DNA from: Eledone cirrhosa
Taxonomy: Eukaryota
NCBI GenBank assembly: GCA_964016885.1
Contig: OZ024740.1
Coordinates: forward strand, 82,646,001-82,710,000
Direction: 5' to 3'
DNA: 64,000 nucleotides
Position numbers and translations under genes: made by a program. How positions within the stretch are numbered: the first letter of the stretch is position 1; each line of letters opens with the position of its first letter. The notes beneath the pieces were generated by a model. It was not told the DNA's origin, made no database searches, and saw only the letters and a list, made by a program, of their open reading frames with translations. Below, one piece after another: positions 40,489 to 52,992 of the stretch.

Positions 40489-43450
40489 GCTGACGGGCTA
40501 GGACAAGATTTGGTTGATATCCTAAATTGAGTGGTAGATGAATTGAACAATGATAGTGGGAGACCTATGAACCTAAGGTTTGTAGACAGGAAAAGGTTAA
40601 AAGAAACAACAGCTAAGGTAAACAAAGTCATCCCATACCTTGAGGCGAGGAGCCTTCACCAGTGCAACAATATCCTCAAACCAACAGCAAATACGGTGAG
40701 GAAACTAGTTGGTATAAAAGCGAGAGGAAACAACATACAAGAAAGAGCAGAGCCTTGGTGGAAGAAACGACTGAGTGGTCAAATCAGGGAAATGAGAAAT
40801 GACATTGGAAAGCTTGAGTCCCTACTGAATGGGAAACTAAAAAACATAGACACTAAAAATAGACTGGAAATAAAGTACAAAACTAGGAGGAAAATGCTTA
40901 ATATTATCATAGAGGAACTGAAGCAACGCATTGTAGCAAAGAGTGCAAAAATCAGGCGATACGAGAACAGAGTCAGTCAGTATAAACAGAACCGCATGTT
41001 CGACAACAACCAGAAGATGCTGTTTGGACAGCTTGAAGGGAAAGACAGAGGCAACGACTTGATCCCTGAGGCGGAACAAACTAAAACATTCTGGAGAGGA
41101 ATATGGGAGCAGGATGTTAAACATAATGATCAGGCAGTGTGGATTGAGACAGTACAGAAGGAGATCAGTGAACAGGCACACCAACAAACTGATTTGAGTA
41201 TCACAGTTGAAACTCTTAAGGGGCAGGCCAAAAAACTAACCAACTGGAAATCACCAGGCCCAGATGGTGTGCAGGGGTATTGGATTAAAAATATAACATC
41301 CCTCAACCCGAAAATGACAACCATGTTCAATGACTGCTTGATGTCAGGTGAGGTACCGGAGTGGTTGACAAAAGGTAACACAGTTCTGATAATGAAAAAC
41401 CGAATCAAGGGTAATGATGTTACCAACTATAGACCTATCACATTTCTGTCCGTAATGTGGAAACTGTTGACGAGCATTATGTCTGAGGAAATCTACCATC
41501 ACCTCCACACAAACAACTTGTTACCGGACGAACAGAAAGGATGCCGAAAGAAGTCACGTGGTACAAAGGACCAGTTACTTATTGATAAGATGGTAATGGG
41601 GAATTGCAAGAGGAGACATACTGATCTTGCCATGGGATGGATAGACTACAGAAAGGCATTTGACATGGTGCCTCATTCTTGGATCACCAAAGGCCTGGAG
41701 ATCTTCAAGGTGGCAGATAACATCAGACAGTTGTTGGGCAAAAGTATGAGGTCCTGGGAAACAGAGTTGACATCAACTGGAGAATCCTTGGGAAGCGTGA
41801 AGATCAAGAGAGTTATCTTCCATGGAGATAGTCTATCCCCTCTGTTGTTTGTCCTTGCCCTGATGCCCCTGACCAGTGTACTGCGAAAAGTGAGAGCAGG
41901 ATACAGGTTGGGAAAGGGAGGGCTTACCATCAATCACCTCCCCTTCATGGATGATTTTAAGCTCTTCGGGAAGAGTGAAAAGGAGTTGGATGTGCTTGTT
42001 GACACTGTCCGTATTTTCAGCAGTGATATATGTATGAGGTTTGGTATTGGTAAATGTGGAGTAATTGTGATGAAGAGGGGTAGGTTGAGCAGAAGTAACG
42101 GGATCCAGATACCAACAGGTGAGATGATAAAGGAAATTGACTCTGAGGAAGTATACAAGTATTTGGGCGTTCTGGAGGCTGATGGCATAAAGAACAAAAA
42201 AATGAAGGAATTGTTAAGAACTGAATACATTCGGAGAGAAAGGAGCATATTGAAGTCACATCTGAACAGCAGAAATACCATAAGCGCAGTAAATTACCGA
42301 GCTGTGTCTATTATTAGGTACAGTGCTGGAATTCTTAGATGGAATGTGGCTGAACAAAAAGAAATGGATAGGAAGACTAGGAAGCTATTGACTATCTACA
42401 ACATGTTCCACAAGAGGAGTGATGTCGATAGACTCTACTTAAGGAGATTTGAGGGTGGAAGAGGTCTTATCAGCATAGAGGACTGTGTTCAGATGGAGAA
42501 AAACAACCTACACAAATACGTGACTGATAGTAAGGAGCCAATGCTCAGAACTGTACTGAAGGAGGGGAGAATAGGCCAGGGGATGTCCAAAGAGGAAATA
42601 ACATCAAGGAGAAAGAGCAGCCTTAAGGAAAAATCCCTTCATAGTACATTCTTTGAGAAAACTGAATTTAGAGATCCACAGACATGGAACTGGTTGAAAA
42701 GAGGAGACCTTAAAAAGGCTCAGAAGGAATGTTAATAGCTGCGCAGGAGTAGGCCCTCAAAACGAAGTGGTTGAAACACCATATTTACAAGGAGTAGGCT
42801 AGCCCACTGTGCAGGATCTGTGGAGAGAGAGAGGAGACTGTGGCTCACATTGTATCCGAGTGTAAACACCTAGCCCAGACCCACTATAAGAGCTGGAGAC
42901 ATGATGAGATGAGCAGGGTGATCCACTGGCACCTGTGCAAAGTAAACATTCTGAGAAATGGTATGAGCATAAGCCAGAGGCGCTGATAGCGAACGATCAG
43001 GTGAAGGTGCTGTGGGATTTTAGGATACAGACGGACAAGAAACTGGAACACAATAGACCTGACCTGGTGGTTGTGGACAAAGAAAAAACATCGTGCCTGA
43101 TTGTGGATGTGGCCTGCCCATTCGACACGAGAGTGCAAGAGAAGGAGAGGGAGAAAATTAACCGATACCAGGACTTAAAGTGGGAGGTAAAAAGGATTTG
43201 GAACTGCCATGAAGTCAAAATGATCCCGATTGTCATAGGCGCACTAGGGACTATCTCCAAAAGTTTCCAGGGATGGTTAAAGAAAATCGGCCCCTGCACG
43301 CTTTTTGGAACGCTTCAAAAGGCATGCTTGCTGGGAACAATAAAGGACCCTCCGATACGTCCTAAATATCTGAGGCTGCAGGTAGTGGCTTGATATTCAT
43401 TTTAACAAACTTTCCAGTTAACTAACATCAATGACTGAAACTCAAAGAAC
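40489..43450 (+). mobile_element. second Dong/R4-like RLE family D3, 5'-truncated
   Basis: 734-aa RT ORF at 40531-42735 (WKSPGPDG, DYRKAFD, FMDD), then stop codons and an RLE piece at 42935-43393 (RPDLVV..DVACP). (AAT)n tail at 43451-43471. Confidence 0.9.
40531..42735 (+). pseudogene. D3 reverse transcriptase ORF fragment
   Basis: Non-LTR RT motifs as above. A frameshift and stop codons precede the zinc finger/RLE region. Confidence 0.85.
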
Positions 43451-43471
43451 AATAATAATAATAATAATAAT

Positions 43472-43530
43472 GCTTTCTTTATTAACCACAAGGGTTTACA
43501 TAAAGTAGACATTAAGGACAGTACAGGACA
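43472..43530 (-). mobile_element. 59-bp Tx1 family A 3' tip
   Basis: Matches the T4/T5 3' terminus and sits between two (AAT)n tracts. Confidence 0.85.
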
Positions 43531-43547
43531 TAATAATAATAATATAA

Positions 43548-43586
<39 letters not shown>

Positions 43587-43770
43587 GTGTATCTACTTTT
43601 GTCACAAGGCCAGCAATTATCCAATGCATTACTGGTACTTTATTCTATCGACCTCGGTAGGATGAAATGCAAAGTTAACCTCGGCGGGATATGAACTCAG
43701 TTCATACAGGGAGGTAACTCTATGTTTCAAAGCATGGCATCCGACCCTCTACCGATACTGCCAATCCACC
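43587..43770 (-). mobile_element. SINE S1 within (AAT)n
   Basis: Homologous to the other S1 copies, with (AAT)n on both sides. Confidence 0.85.
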
Positions 43771-43789
43771 AATAATAATAATAATAATA

Positions 43790-44400
43790 CCGCTACTGGT
43801 CTTACTGATGGTGCTGAGATCGCTGTTACTGGTATCGATGTCATTGTTGATGTTTTGTTGATACTGTTCCTACTATTATTGTTGTTGTGGCTGTTGTTAT
43901 TGTCATTGTTATTGTCGTTCTCGACCCTACCGCTGTTATTTTTGTTATTGTCGTTCTCGACTTTAGCGCTGTTATTTCTGTTGTTGCTGTTGTTATTGAT
44001 GGTGTTATTGTTGGTTTTGTTGTTAGTGTTATTGTTGTTATTGTTTGTGTTAGAAATATTTGGTAATTTTAAATCTGTAACAATCCTCTTTTCCTTTGTA
44101 ATATTTTTGTTTATATATACCTCCGCTGGAACGCTGTCGTGTTGACATGCTGATAACGTCTCCCTCTCTCTCTGTTGTCTGACAGCGCTCTCTCTCTTTC
44201 TCGTGTTATCCATGTTGAAATTTGTTTTCAAAAAATATTTTTACACAAATGCGATACCCCGTAAAGGGGTGCCGTATTATTTACGAGTGAACCCCTGTAA
44301 AGGTGGGTAACTTCTTCTAAACTTTTATCAAATTTAAAACTTGAATAAAAGGTTTAGAACGGTTGAAAACGAGGAAAAACGTTGAAAAAAACTGGAGGCG
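43790..44400 (-). mobile_element. probable 5' UTR and Asn-rich ORF1 start of another Tx1-like element
   Basis: ORF 43749-44231 has an Asn-rich N-terminus like the T1/T2/T4 ORF1s, and the UTR has hairpins. No diagnostic domain is visible. Confidence 0.5.
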
Positions 44401-44405
44401 ATAAG

Positions 44406-45607
44406 AAGGGCTGACATAAAAAAAAAAACATTACAGATGGCACAGCAAGGTGCAGGAATGTACGATGTCGGATTTGTGCGTGTAAATATTGTTATTATTT
44501 ATATAAGAAAAGAAAAAAAAGACATAGAAACATATATATATATAAACAATAAAAATGAAAATTGAAATAATGAAAAATTCCCCAATACGGGGGCAACCTC
44601 CGAGGGTTACTCGTGGCGAAAACCACGGCCATCCTGACCACCAGGGCAAGCGCCTTCTTTCAATTTTTCCATTTCTCAAACTACAGACGTATATTCAGAG
44701 CGGTCCCGTTCACTCGGACCATTCTCTCTACATTCACCCACCTTTCAACAAACTTGCTAGAAGGCAGTACTTGCCTCTCCACCCTGATTTTCCTCTCCAA
44801 GTGAAACTTGTAAAAGCTAATTAGGGATTTGCCGAAGAGGAAAGTGTCTCTCTTTAACTCTTTCAACCTTGTCCACCACACAATCTCTTTCGCCATGGCC
44901 ACCAGGCAGATGAAAACCGCATGCCCTTCCTCCACGAAAGAAGACGCCGAGACCATCTGCACAATGGACTCAGTCGATAACCGGATCAGTCCTACACGTG
45001 ACAGCAGCTGTTCGACATAGCTCCACAAGTCAGCAATGCTTGGGCACTGCGTCTTCGACTGTTTCGTCGCTCTGCGCGCATCTCGGACAGGCACAGCTGA
45101 CGGCACTTCCGTACCTGTAGAGCTTATCTCGAACCGGCAGCGCTCCCCGGTAGCACTGCCGGGCCAGGGATTTTTGGATGTTATCAATAGGCCCTGGGCT
45201 GAAAGTTCTCCGGAAGGGAGCAAACAGCTCATCTTCTTCAACGCCCAGGATCTTCCCCTCCACTACTCCTCTATAGAACGCCGAGGTGGATGTTCCACCG
45301 ATACTGGTGCCCAGCTAGCAGAGGGCAGTGAGCGCCTGGAGACATTCCAGTTTCCAAGCGCTATCCCTCGGTCTTTTTCTGACCCAGGACTGCAGCTCCG
45401 TCAAGGAGACGAGCTGTGGGAAAACGTGCCAGGCGAACGGCGACCACACCCGTTCACCGTCAAGGAAGCACCAGAGATGTCGAAGCCTCAGCGCATGATT
45501 GTGCATCATCAGCCATGGCATGCCCAGTCCTCCACGCAACGAGTGGTGACAGCAGATGGATCGTCTGACCATGGATGCGCGTTGCTTCCATAAAAAAGTG
45601 GAAGAGG
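44406..45607 (-). mobile_element. Tx1 family B element T6, 3' fragment
   Basis: Collinear with T3 23219-24446, including the 3' UTR. Confidence 0.88.
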
Positions 45608-45986
45608 TGTAATGATAAATGTATAAATAAATAAATATAAAACTAGAAAATCAATATTCACTCTTCTGAAGATCTGTATTCTTGCCAGATGTATTATGGA
45701 AGCAGAAACTTGGGTTATATTTTTCGAACAGCCTTCAAAGTCAACACTGACAAAGGCAAGCTAATATAAGTTAATACATTCTAGAGTTCAACAAAGTACA
45801 TACAGTGACGAGATTTATAACAGTACATTTAAACAGTACGTATATATTTGAACCAGCCCAATTTTAAAGAAGTTATCATTCTCGGATAATTTATATATGG
45901 TTGTGTACTGTAAACTTAGGTATCTAAATTCGCATAAGTGTGACGGACTCCGTGTGTGTGTGCCCGTGCTTGTTCAAGATTTCAAG

Positions 45987-46023
<37 letters not shown>

Positions 46024-46032
46024 GTATTAATA

Positions 46033-46353
46033 AAAGGAATTCCAGCTTTGTGATATTTACTCGTTTTATTTACAATCCTTTAAAATTATAATATTATAAT
46101 GAAATAGTATGGTAGAATATTAACTATTACATCTTAATTGAACAAGTATATTCATACTTTCGCGATGTTCAGGTTCATATTCAGTGGTGTGCAAACTTGA
46201 CTGTCACCACTGAATATGAATCTGAAGATTGCGAAAACATGAAAGTACTTGTTCAATTAACATTTAACAGTTAATATTCTACCATACTATTTCATTATAA
46301 TTTTAAAGGATTGTTAATAAGACGAGTAAATCAGACAAAGTTGGAATTCCTTT
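46033..46353. repeat. imperfect ~320-bp fold-back palindrome with a hammerhead-like motif
   Basis: Arms AAAGGAATTCC.../...GGAATTCCTTT. The right arm 46217-46255 reads TGAAT CTGAAGA ... GAAA GTAC TT GTTCA. Confidence 0.75.
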
Positions 46354-46415
46354 CAATATAATCTTCTCTACACAATCATACACACCCGTATATATTTATT
46401 TATATATATATATAT

Positions 46416-46457
<42 letters not shown>

Positions 46458-46463
46458 AATATA

Positions 46464-46558
<95 letters not shown>

Positions 46559-46580
46559 GTGTGTGTGTGTGTGTATATAT

Positions 46581-46618
<38 letters not shown>

Positions 46619-46788
46619 TTATTAAAATAACAGATTAAAGTTTAAGCAAAGAATCATTATATATATATATATATAAATGGAATAAATGAAACGAAATTTC
46701 ATTTCTCACACTTAGTACGCACTTATATTTATATATATATTTATACTTACATTTATATATATATATATATATATTTATACTTACATTT

Positions 46789-46827
<39 letters not shown>

Positions 46828-47030
46828 GCGAGAATAGCATTTCGGTAGGTGGAAAGAGCGAAACGAAACGCAGGATCAGAGTTATGCTGGCAAGCGCTCA
46901 AAAGTTGAAATGCCAGAGCTAAACATATGTTAAAACGCCATACACACTGAAAAAGCGGTCAAAAATGCATTAACCATCTAAACCAAAATAAAAATTGAAG
47001 CTAAACAGGTCAGACAATATAAATGATAAA

Positions 47031-47678
<648 letters not shown>

Positions 47679-47679
47679 C

Positions 47680-49830
47680 AACTGCTTAGCTAAAAATGTA
47701 GTTTATAATTGTAATGTTAAAACTAATTTAAATTCATTTAATTATGTCGGTTCTACCTCCACAGTGTTTATATCCCGCTTCAATAATCATAAAAATTATT
47801 TTACGGATCCAAACAAAACATCTTCAACTTCGCTATCTTTCCTATTATGGGACCTAAAACGAGATAATGTTGAATATTCGCTGATTTGGAATATTATTTC
47901 ATAAGCTACTCCTTTTAATTCCTCTTCAGAAAATTGCGATCTTTGTATAGAGGAAATATTCTTTATATTAAAGACCAAAAATTCCCTGATTTAAGGAATA
48001 ATTTATTCAGTTGCTGCAGACATAGATTGAACTCAACGTTTAAATATAAATATAAATTTAAAATATAGTATAATTAATTAAGTAATTTGGTTAATATATG
48101 GAACCTGTCAATATATCATTAGATTCCTTCACCTTTTTCATTTTCTTTGGTTAAGTACTCAAGTATGAATAAATTTTCTTCCTAAATATAAATATAAATA
48201 TAATAAACTATTCTAGAAAAGTTTATCCTTTCAATATCTTGAGTAAAATATACATAAGATAAATTTCTATACTAAATATATTAAACATATTATTTTAATT
48301 TAAAATATTCTATAATATTTTAAAATATTCTATAATATTTTGATATCTGTAGAATTCTTGTTTTTGTTAAGTTATATTGATATAATATTTTATTTATTTT
48401 TTATTAGGTTTGTTTTTATTCTGACAGCTTCTCATCATTTTCAAAAGTTTATCCTTTCAATATCTTGATTAAAATATACGTAAGATAAATTTCTATACTA
48501 AATCTATTAAACATATTATTTTAACTTAAAATATTCTATAATATTTTAAAATATTTTATTATTTTGATATTTGTAGAATTCCTTTGTTTTTAAGTTATAT
48601 CGATATAATATTATTTCCAAAATATAATCCTTTTGTATTTTATATACTCAATTGTACTATGCAACATATTGATATATACTTATTTCTATACGACTATGTA
48701 TGTATATGTGTGTATTAACATACATATACATGTGTTATATGCTTTTTTATGAGTGTATGTCTGTCTGTATATATGCATGAGTGACGCGTGTCTACCAATT
48801 GGGTGAAGATGCACACATATATTTATATATGTATATCTAAGTATTGTGTGTGTACATGTAAATGGTTACCCATGCAGTTTTGATTGCAGATATGCATAAT
48901 TTAACAGCCATAAATGCATGAAAGTTAATCCTATATATTTATATATATATACTAAAAATGTTTATTTAATAACACAAGGAATGTATAGCAGTAATAAAAA
49001 AATCACTTATGCTTTGTATGTATATATTATATGCGGGAGTAGATATAATGTGTATTTTCTGAGTGTGTGTGTGTATATATATATTTATGTATCTTTGCCT
49101 ATATGTACGTGCTATATGATAGGTTATTTCTCTAGCAATATATATATTTCGTAATCTTTAAATTACAATTTTTAATATATTGATCTCAATTTTTAAACTA
49201 AATATCTAATCATAATTAAACAATGATTAATTTCTCATATTATATATGTATATTCCATTCATGAATATTAGTATTTCTAATTTTATTTATTCATTTCATC
49301 TCAATTGTTAACTCACCTTAATATTTTGGTTCTTAAGGTGTTCGTTCTCTCCCCCTCTCTCTATCTCTATATTTCTCTCTCTTGAATTTTTTCTTTCTAT
49401 CTGGTGGTTTGATATCTCTCTGTTGTGTTCCTCTGTTTTCTTTTGTTCTTTCTTCTTTTTATTTATTTATCTCTCCCTTTCTTTTCTCCACGTGTCTCTC
49501 TCTCTCCGTCTTTTTACTTCTCCTTAACGCAACGACTTACTAAAATAAACAAACCACTATCCTGATATCTTCCAAAAGTAACGGTTGCATTTTGAAAGAG
49601 TACGTCAATGTTTATTTATAAAACTAGTATATATTGTATTTTGTCTGCGGAAGACATACCATAATGTAACTTGGTATCCTTGAAATATGTATAATGAAAT
49701 AAATATGGTTTTATAAATATAGTTTCCATTTGTTAATATCCTATATCTACTCCAAATACTTGTCGAGTGCTTTATATCAGTTATAAAAGTATTTGCTTGT
49801 TGTATCCCAACAATTTAAATAGAACGTTTG
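47680..49830 (+). mobile_element. 5'-truncated Penelope-like element (GIY-YIG remnant, long AT-rich 3' region, degenerate hammerhead)
   Basis: 47680-48026 translates as [11 protein letters not shown]...YVGST...FISRFNNH...W...CDLCIEE...CCRHR with stops. Hammerhead-like 49639-49698 reads CTGCGGA...GAAATATGTATA. Internal duplication at 48217-48388/48443-48612. Confidence 0.7.
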
Positions 49831-50575
49831 CATATATATATATATATATATATATAAATGAATGAAAGGTATAGAAAGTATTGTAGCAAGAACAGTATTC
49901 CATAATATATATATATATATATCCAGGGGGTGTAACTTGGAGTTACTGCAGGTTCACTCGGGAGAGCACTCGATGTTTAGGTTCACTTCTGTGATGAGGT
50001 TTAGAGCTATAGGTGTCAATTGCAGACACGCCAGGTTGAACACATTTTCCGCACAAACATTCGGTGCAGGGCCGCACACAGCATAATAATAACCACCTCT
50101 GCCTCGTCTCACCATAGCCCATCTCAGTGAATTTATTTTATTGTATTACGTGTAACCATTTCTAAACCGTATTTTGTATATCATGCCACATACATCACCC
50201 CTACAAAAAATCACCCCTCATCGCCATAGACCGCTCATCCTTGCAACAATGTGTTCTAGCTGCCCTCTCTGTCAGGTTTTACCTTGCAAACAATAGTAAC
50301 ATCTGATCCTGTAAATATAATATCGACCATATCACACCATTGCCACCACCACCACCACAACAGACATCGTCATATATCTACCATCCACACCTGCAACCCC
50401 ATTCCCCCATGTTCCCTCTGTTTACCCTACCCTACAACCCCACGCTAAATTCGACCCTATAAATGTACTGTCGCACATGCCACCACCGCCACCACTAGAT
50501 ACATCCACATACTTCAACAATCATTTCCATCCTTAACATCATCAACACATATCATGCCTCCTTCTGGATGACACA

Positions 50576-50966
50576 GTCACCCAAACACGAACACACATCA
50601 AACAAAACACTATACACACACGCAAACGCATGCGCAGAGAAGACAACAAGAAAAAAAATAAACAAATAAATAAATAAATAAACAGACTAAATAAAGATGG
50701 CATAGGCATACAATGCAACGGGAGGAAACATAATAGCACTACTGACGATGTTGCAGATGTGCAATGAAAGAACTTTGTTAGACTATATATATGTGTTTGT
50801 GTCTATATTATATCTGTATTGTTGACCGTTTGTCAGTCAATGGTAATATTGAGGACGGAATAAATGAAATGAACCGATATAAAGGGCACAGAAGCGAAAA
50901 CCAACCAAACAGTCAGTGTGTTCACTTATTAATTCTGGCAATATTATTACACAAATATGACCCTCC

Positions 50967-50969
<3 letters not shown>
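50576..50969 (+). mobile_element. diverged copy of the 3' end of the Penelope-like element at 57420-58965
   Basis: Inverted homology to 57440-57812. Contains a hammerhead-like core CTGACGA-T-GTTGCA-GATG-TGCAAT-GAAA. Confidence 0.7.
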
Positions 50970-51007
<38 letters not shown>

Positions 51008-51098
51008 GGAGGTGAGTTTTATTGTAGTACAATAAAGCAATGCAGATATCGGATAAGAAGCACTCTACAGTTTGTAGGACTGGAGTATACATAATATC

Positions 51099-51418
51099 AG
51101 ATCAAAAGATGGTTAAAGGAGTTCCATGTATTTTATTATGCGCATTTCAAAAACAAACATCATCATGCAATAATATTTGTGTTTTCATCAGATAAAACAG
51201 GAGAACATGATATGAAGGCTAAAAAACATTTGTGGATAGTGCAGTTTTAAATCAACATATGTTGATTTAAAACTGCACTATCCACAAGTGTTTTTTAGCC
51301 TTCATATCATGTTCTCCTGTTTTATCTGATGAAAACACAAATATTATTGCATGATGATGTTTGTTTTTGAAATGCGCATAATAAAATACATGGAACTCCT
51401 TTAACCATCTTTTGATCT
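51099..51418. repeat. near-perfect 320-bp palindrome without spacer
   Basis: Centre is CAACAT|ATGTTG at 51258/51259. The arms are 160 bp with one mismatch that I could see. Confidence 0.95.
51320..51386 (+). ncRNA. type I hammerhead ribozyme (mirror copy on minus strand at 51131-51197)
   Basis: Helix I TTTTAT/ATAAAA, core CTGATGA, ~16-bp helix II with G-U pairs and a GCAT loop, GAAA, palindromic helix III ATGCGCAT, AUA cleavage after 51380. Confidence 0.85.
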
Positions 51419-51506
<88 letters not shown>

Positions 51507-51525
51507 TATATATATATATATATAC

Positions 51526-51566
<41 letters not shown>

Positions 51567-51702
51567 AGTGTAATTTTCTACACAAAACGAAGGTTATAGA
51601 GAAAATTGAGGTTGGTAATGGCACATGGAATATATAAGAGACATAATACTTTTTTGTGAAAAAACATAATTTTATAAGGTAAGGAAATAATAAAGGGTAT
51701 AA

Positions 51703-51750
51703 AAAATGACCGGTTTCGATGGGTCTGCAAAAGCCATCTTTTCAAATGTT
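51703..51750 (-). ncRNA. minimal hammerhead with U3-A8 core variant (inverted copy 55172-55219, + strand)
   Basis: Reads AACAT TTGAAAA GATGG-loop-CCATC GAAA CCGG TC ATTTT, with a palindromic helix III, in the 3' repeat of the Penelope-like element. Confidence 0.65.
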
Positions 51751-52100
51751 GATTAATATTAAGAAAAATTAATAATACGAAGAGTTAAAATTTGAGACTT
51801 GAAAATTCAAGTATAAAATTCATTGTGGGATTTCATAGCAGTTTTCATCTAGGTAGCAACAACAGGTTGACTGCTGTGTCCCTTTCTGGTAGTGAATGAG
51901 AAGTTATTTGGGGTGTGGGTTATTTTATAAAGGTCAGATTTAGCAATCGCCAGCTGCTGGTCAGTGAGGGGGTGGAAGTAATATACACACACATATATCT
52001 TCCTGTGATGGGTAGGAGAGTGGAGCGTGATAGAAAAGGATTTAGTGCACTTACACCTATATATACACACATACCTTCATCCACACATACATACATATAC

Positions 52101-52139
<39 letters not shown>

Positions 52140-52208
52140 CACACATACATACACACACACATACATATACATACACACATACACACACACACACATATAT
52201 ATACACAT

Positions 52209-52261
<53 letters not shown>

Positions 52262-52334
52262 TATATATACATACACATACATCCAGATACACACATACAT
52301 ACACACACACACAGACACACATATATATATATAT

Positions 52335-52374
<40 letters not shown>

Positions 52375-52992
52375 ACACACCCCCACACATACATACACAC
52401 ACACATATATATATACATACACACATACAAACATACACACACACACACACACACATATATATACACACATACACACACATATATATACACACACACACAC
52501 ACACACGCATATATATATATATATACACATACGCATACATCCAGATACCCACATACATACACACACACACACACACACACGCACACACAATACATACATC
52601 CACATGCACACACATACTCACACACACACACACACACATACATACACCCACACACAGAGAAATGGCCTTCAAATATATATATATATATATATACATACAG
52701 ACACATATATTTTTTCCATAATATAAGAAGTTGGGGCAGTGAAATTAAAATACAAGTCATTCTGATCACATTGAGTTCTTCATGTAGATTGGGCCCCGCA
52801 ACCGACAGTGGTGAATTCTGTGTGCGCATATATATATAGATATATGTGTGTGCACGTGCAGGGTTTAACATGGATGTGTTGGTCACACAAAGGCATGGTC
52901 TGTCAATGAATAAACCTGATTCTACAGAATTGGTCTCTGGTCTTTAATAGTAGTGATTTCGTGCGTATGTGTGTTTATATTTTATGACAATT

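Noticed and set aside
11706-43789. Recurring (AAT)n tracts as CRISPR-like or telomeric repeats
   Set aside because: They are simple microsatellite tails and targets of variable length separated by retroelements, in eukaryotic DNA.
45660-45720. CTGAAGA...GAAAC hammerhead-like words
   Set aside because: I could not form a convincing helix I or helix II.
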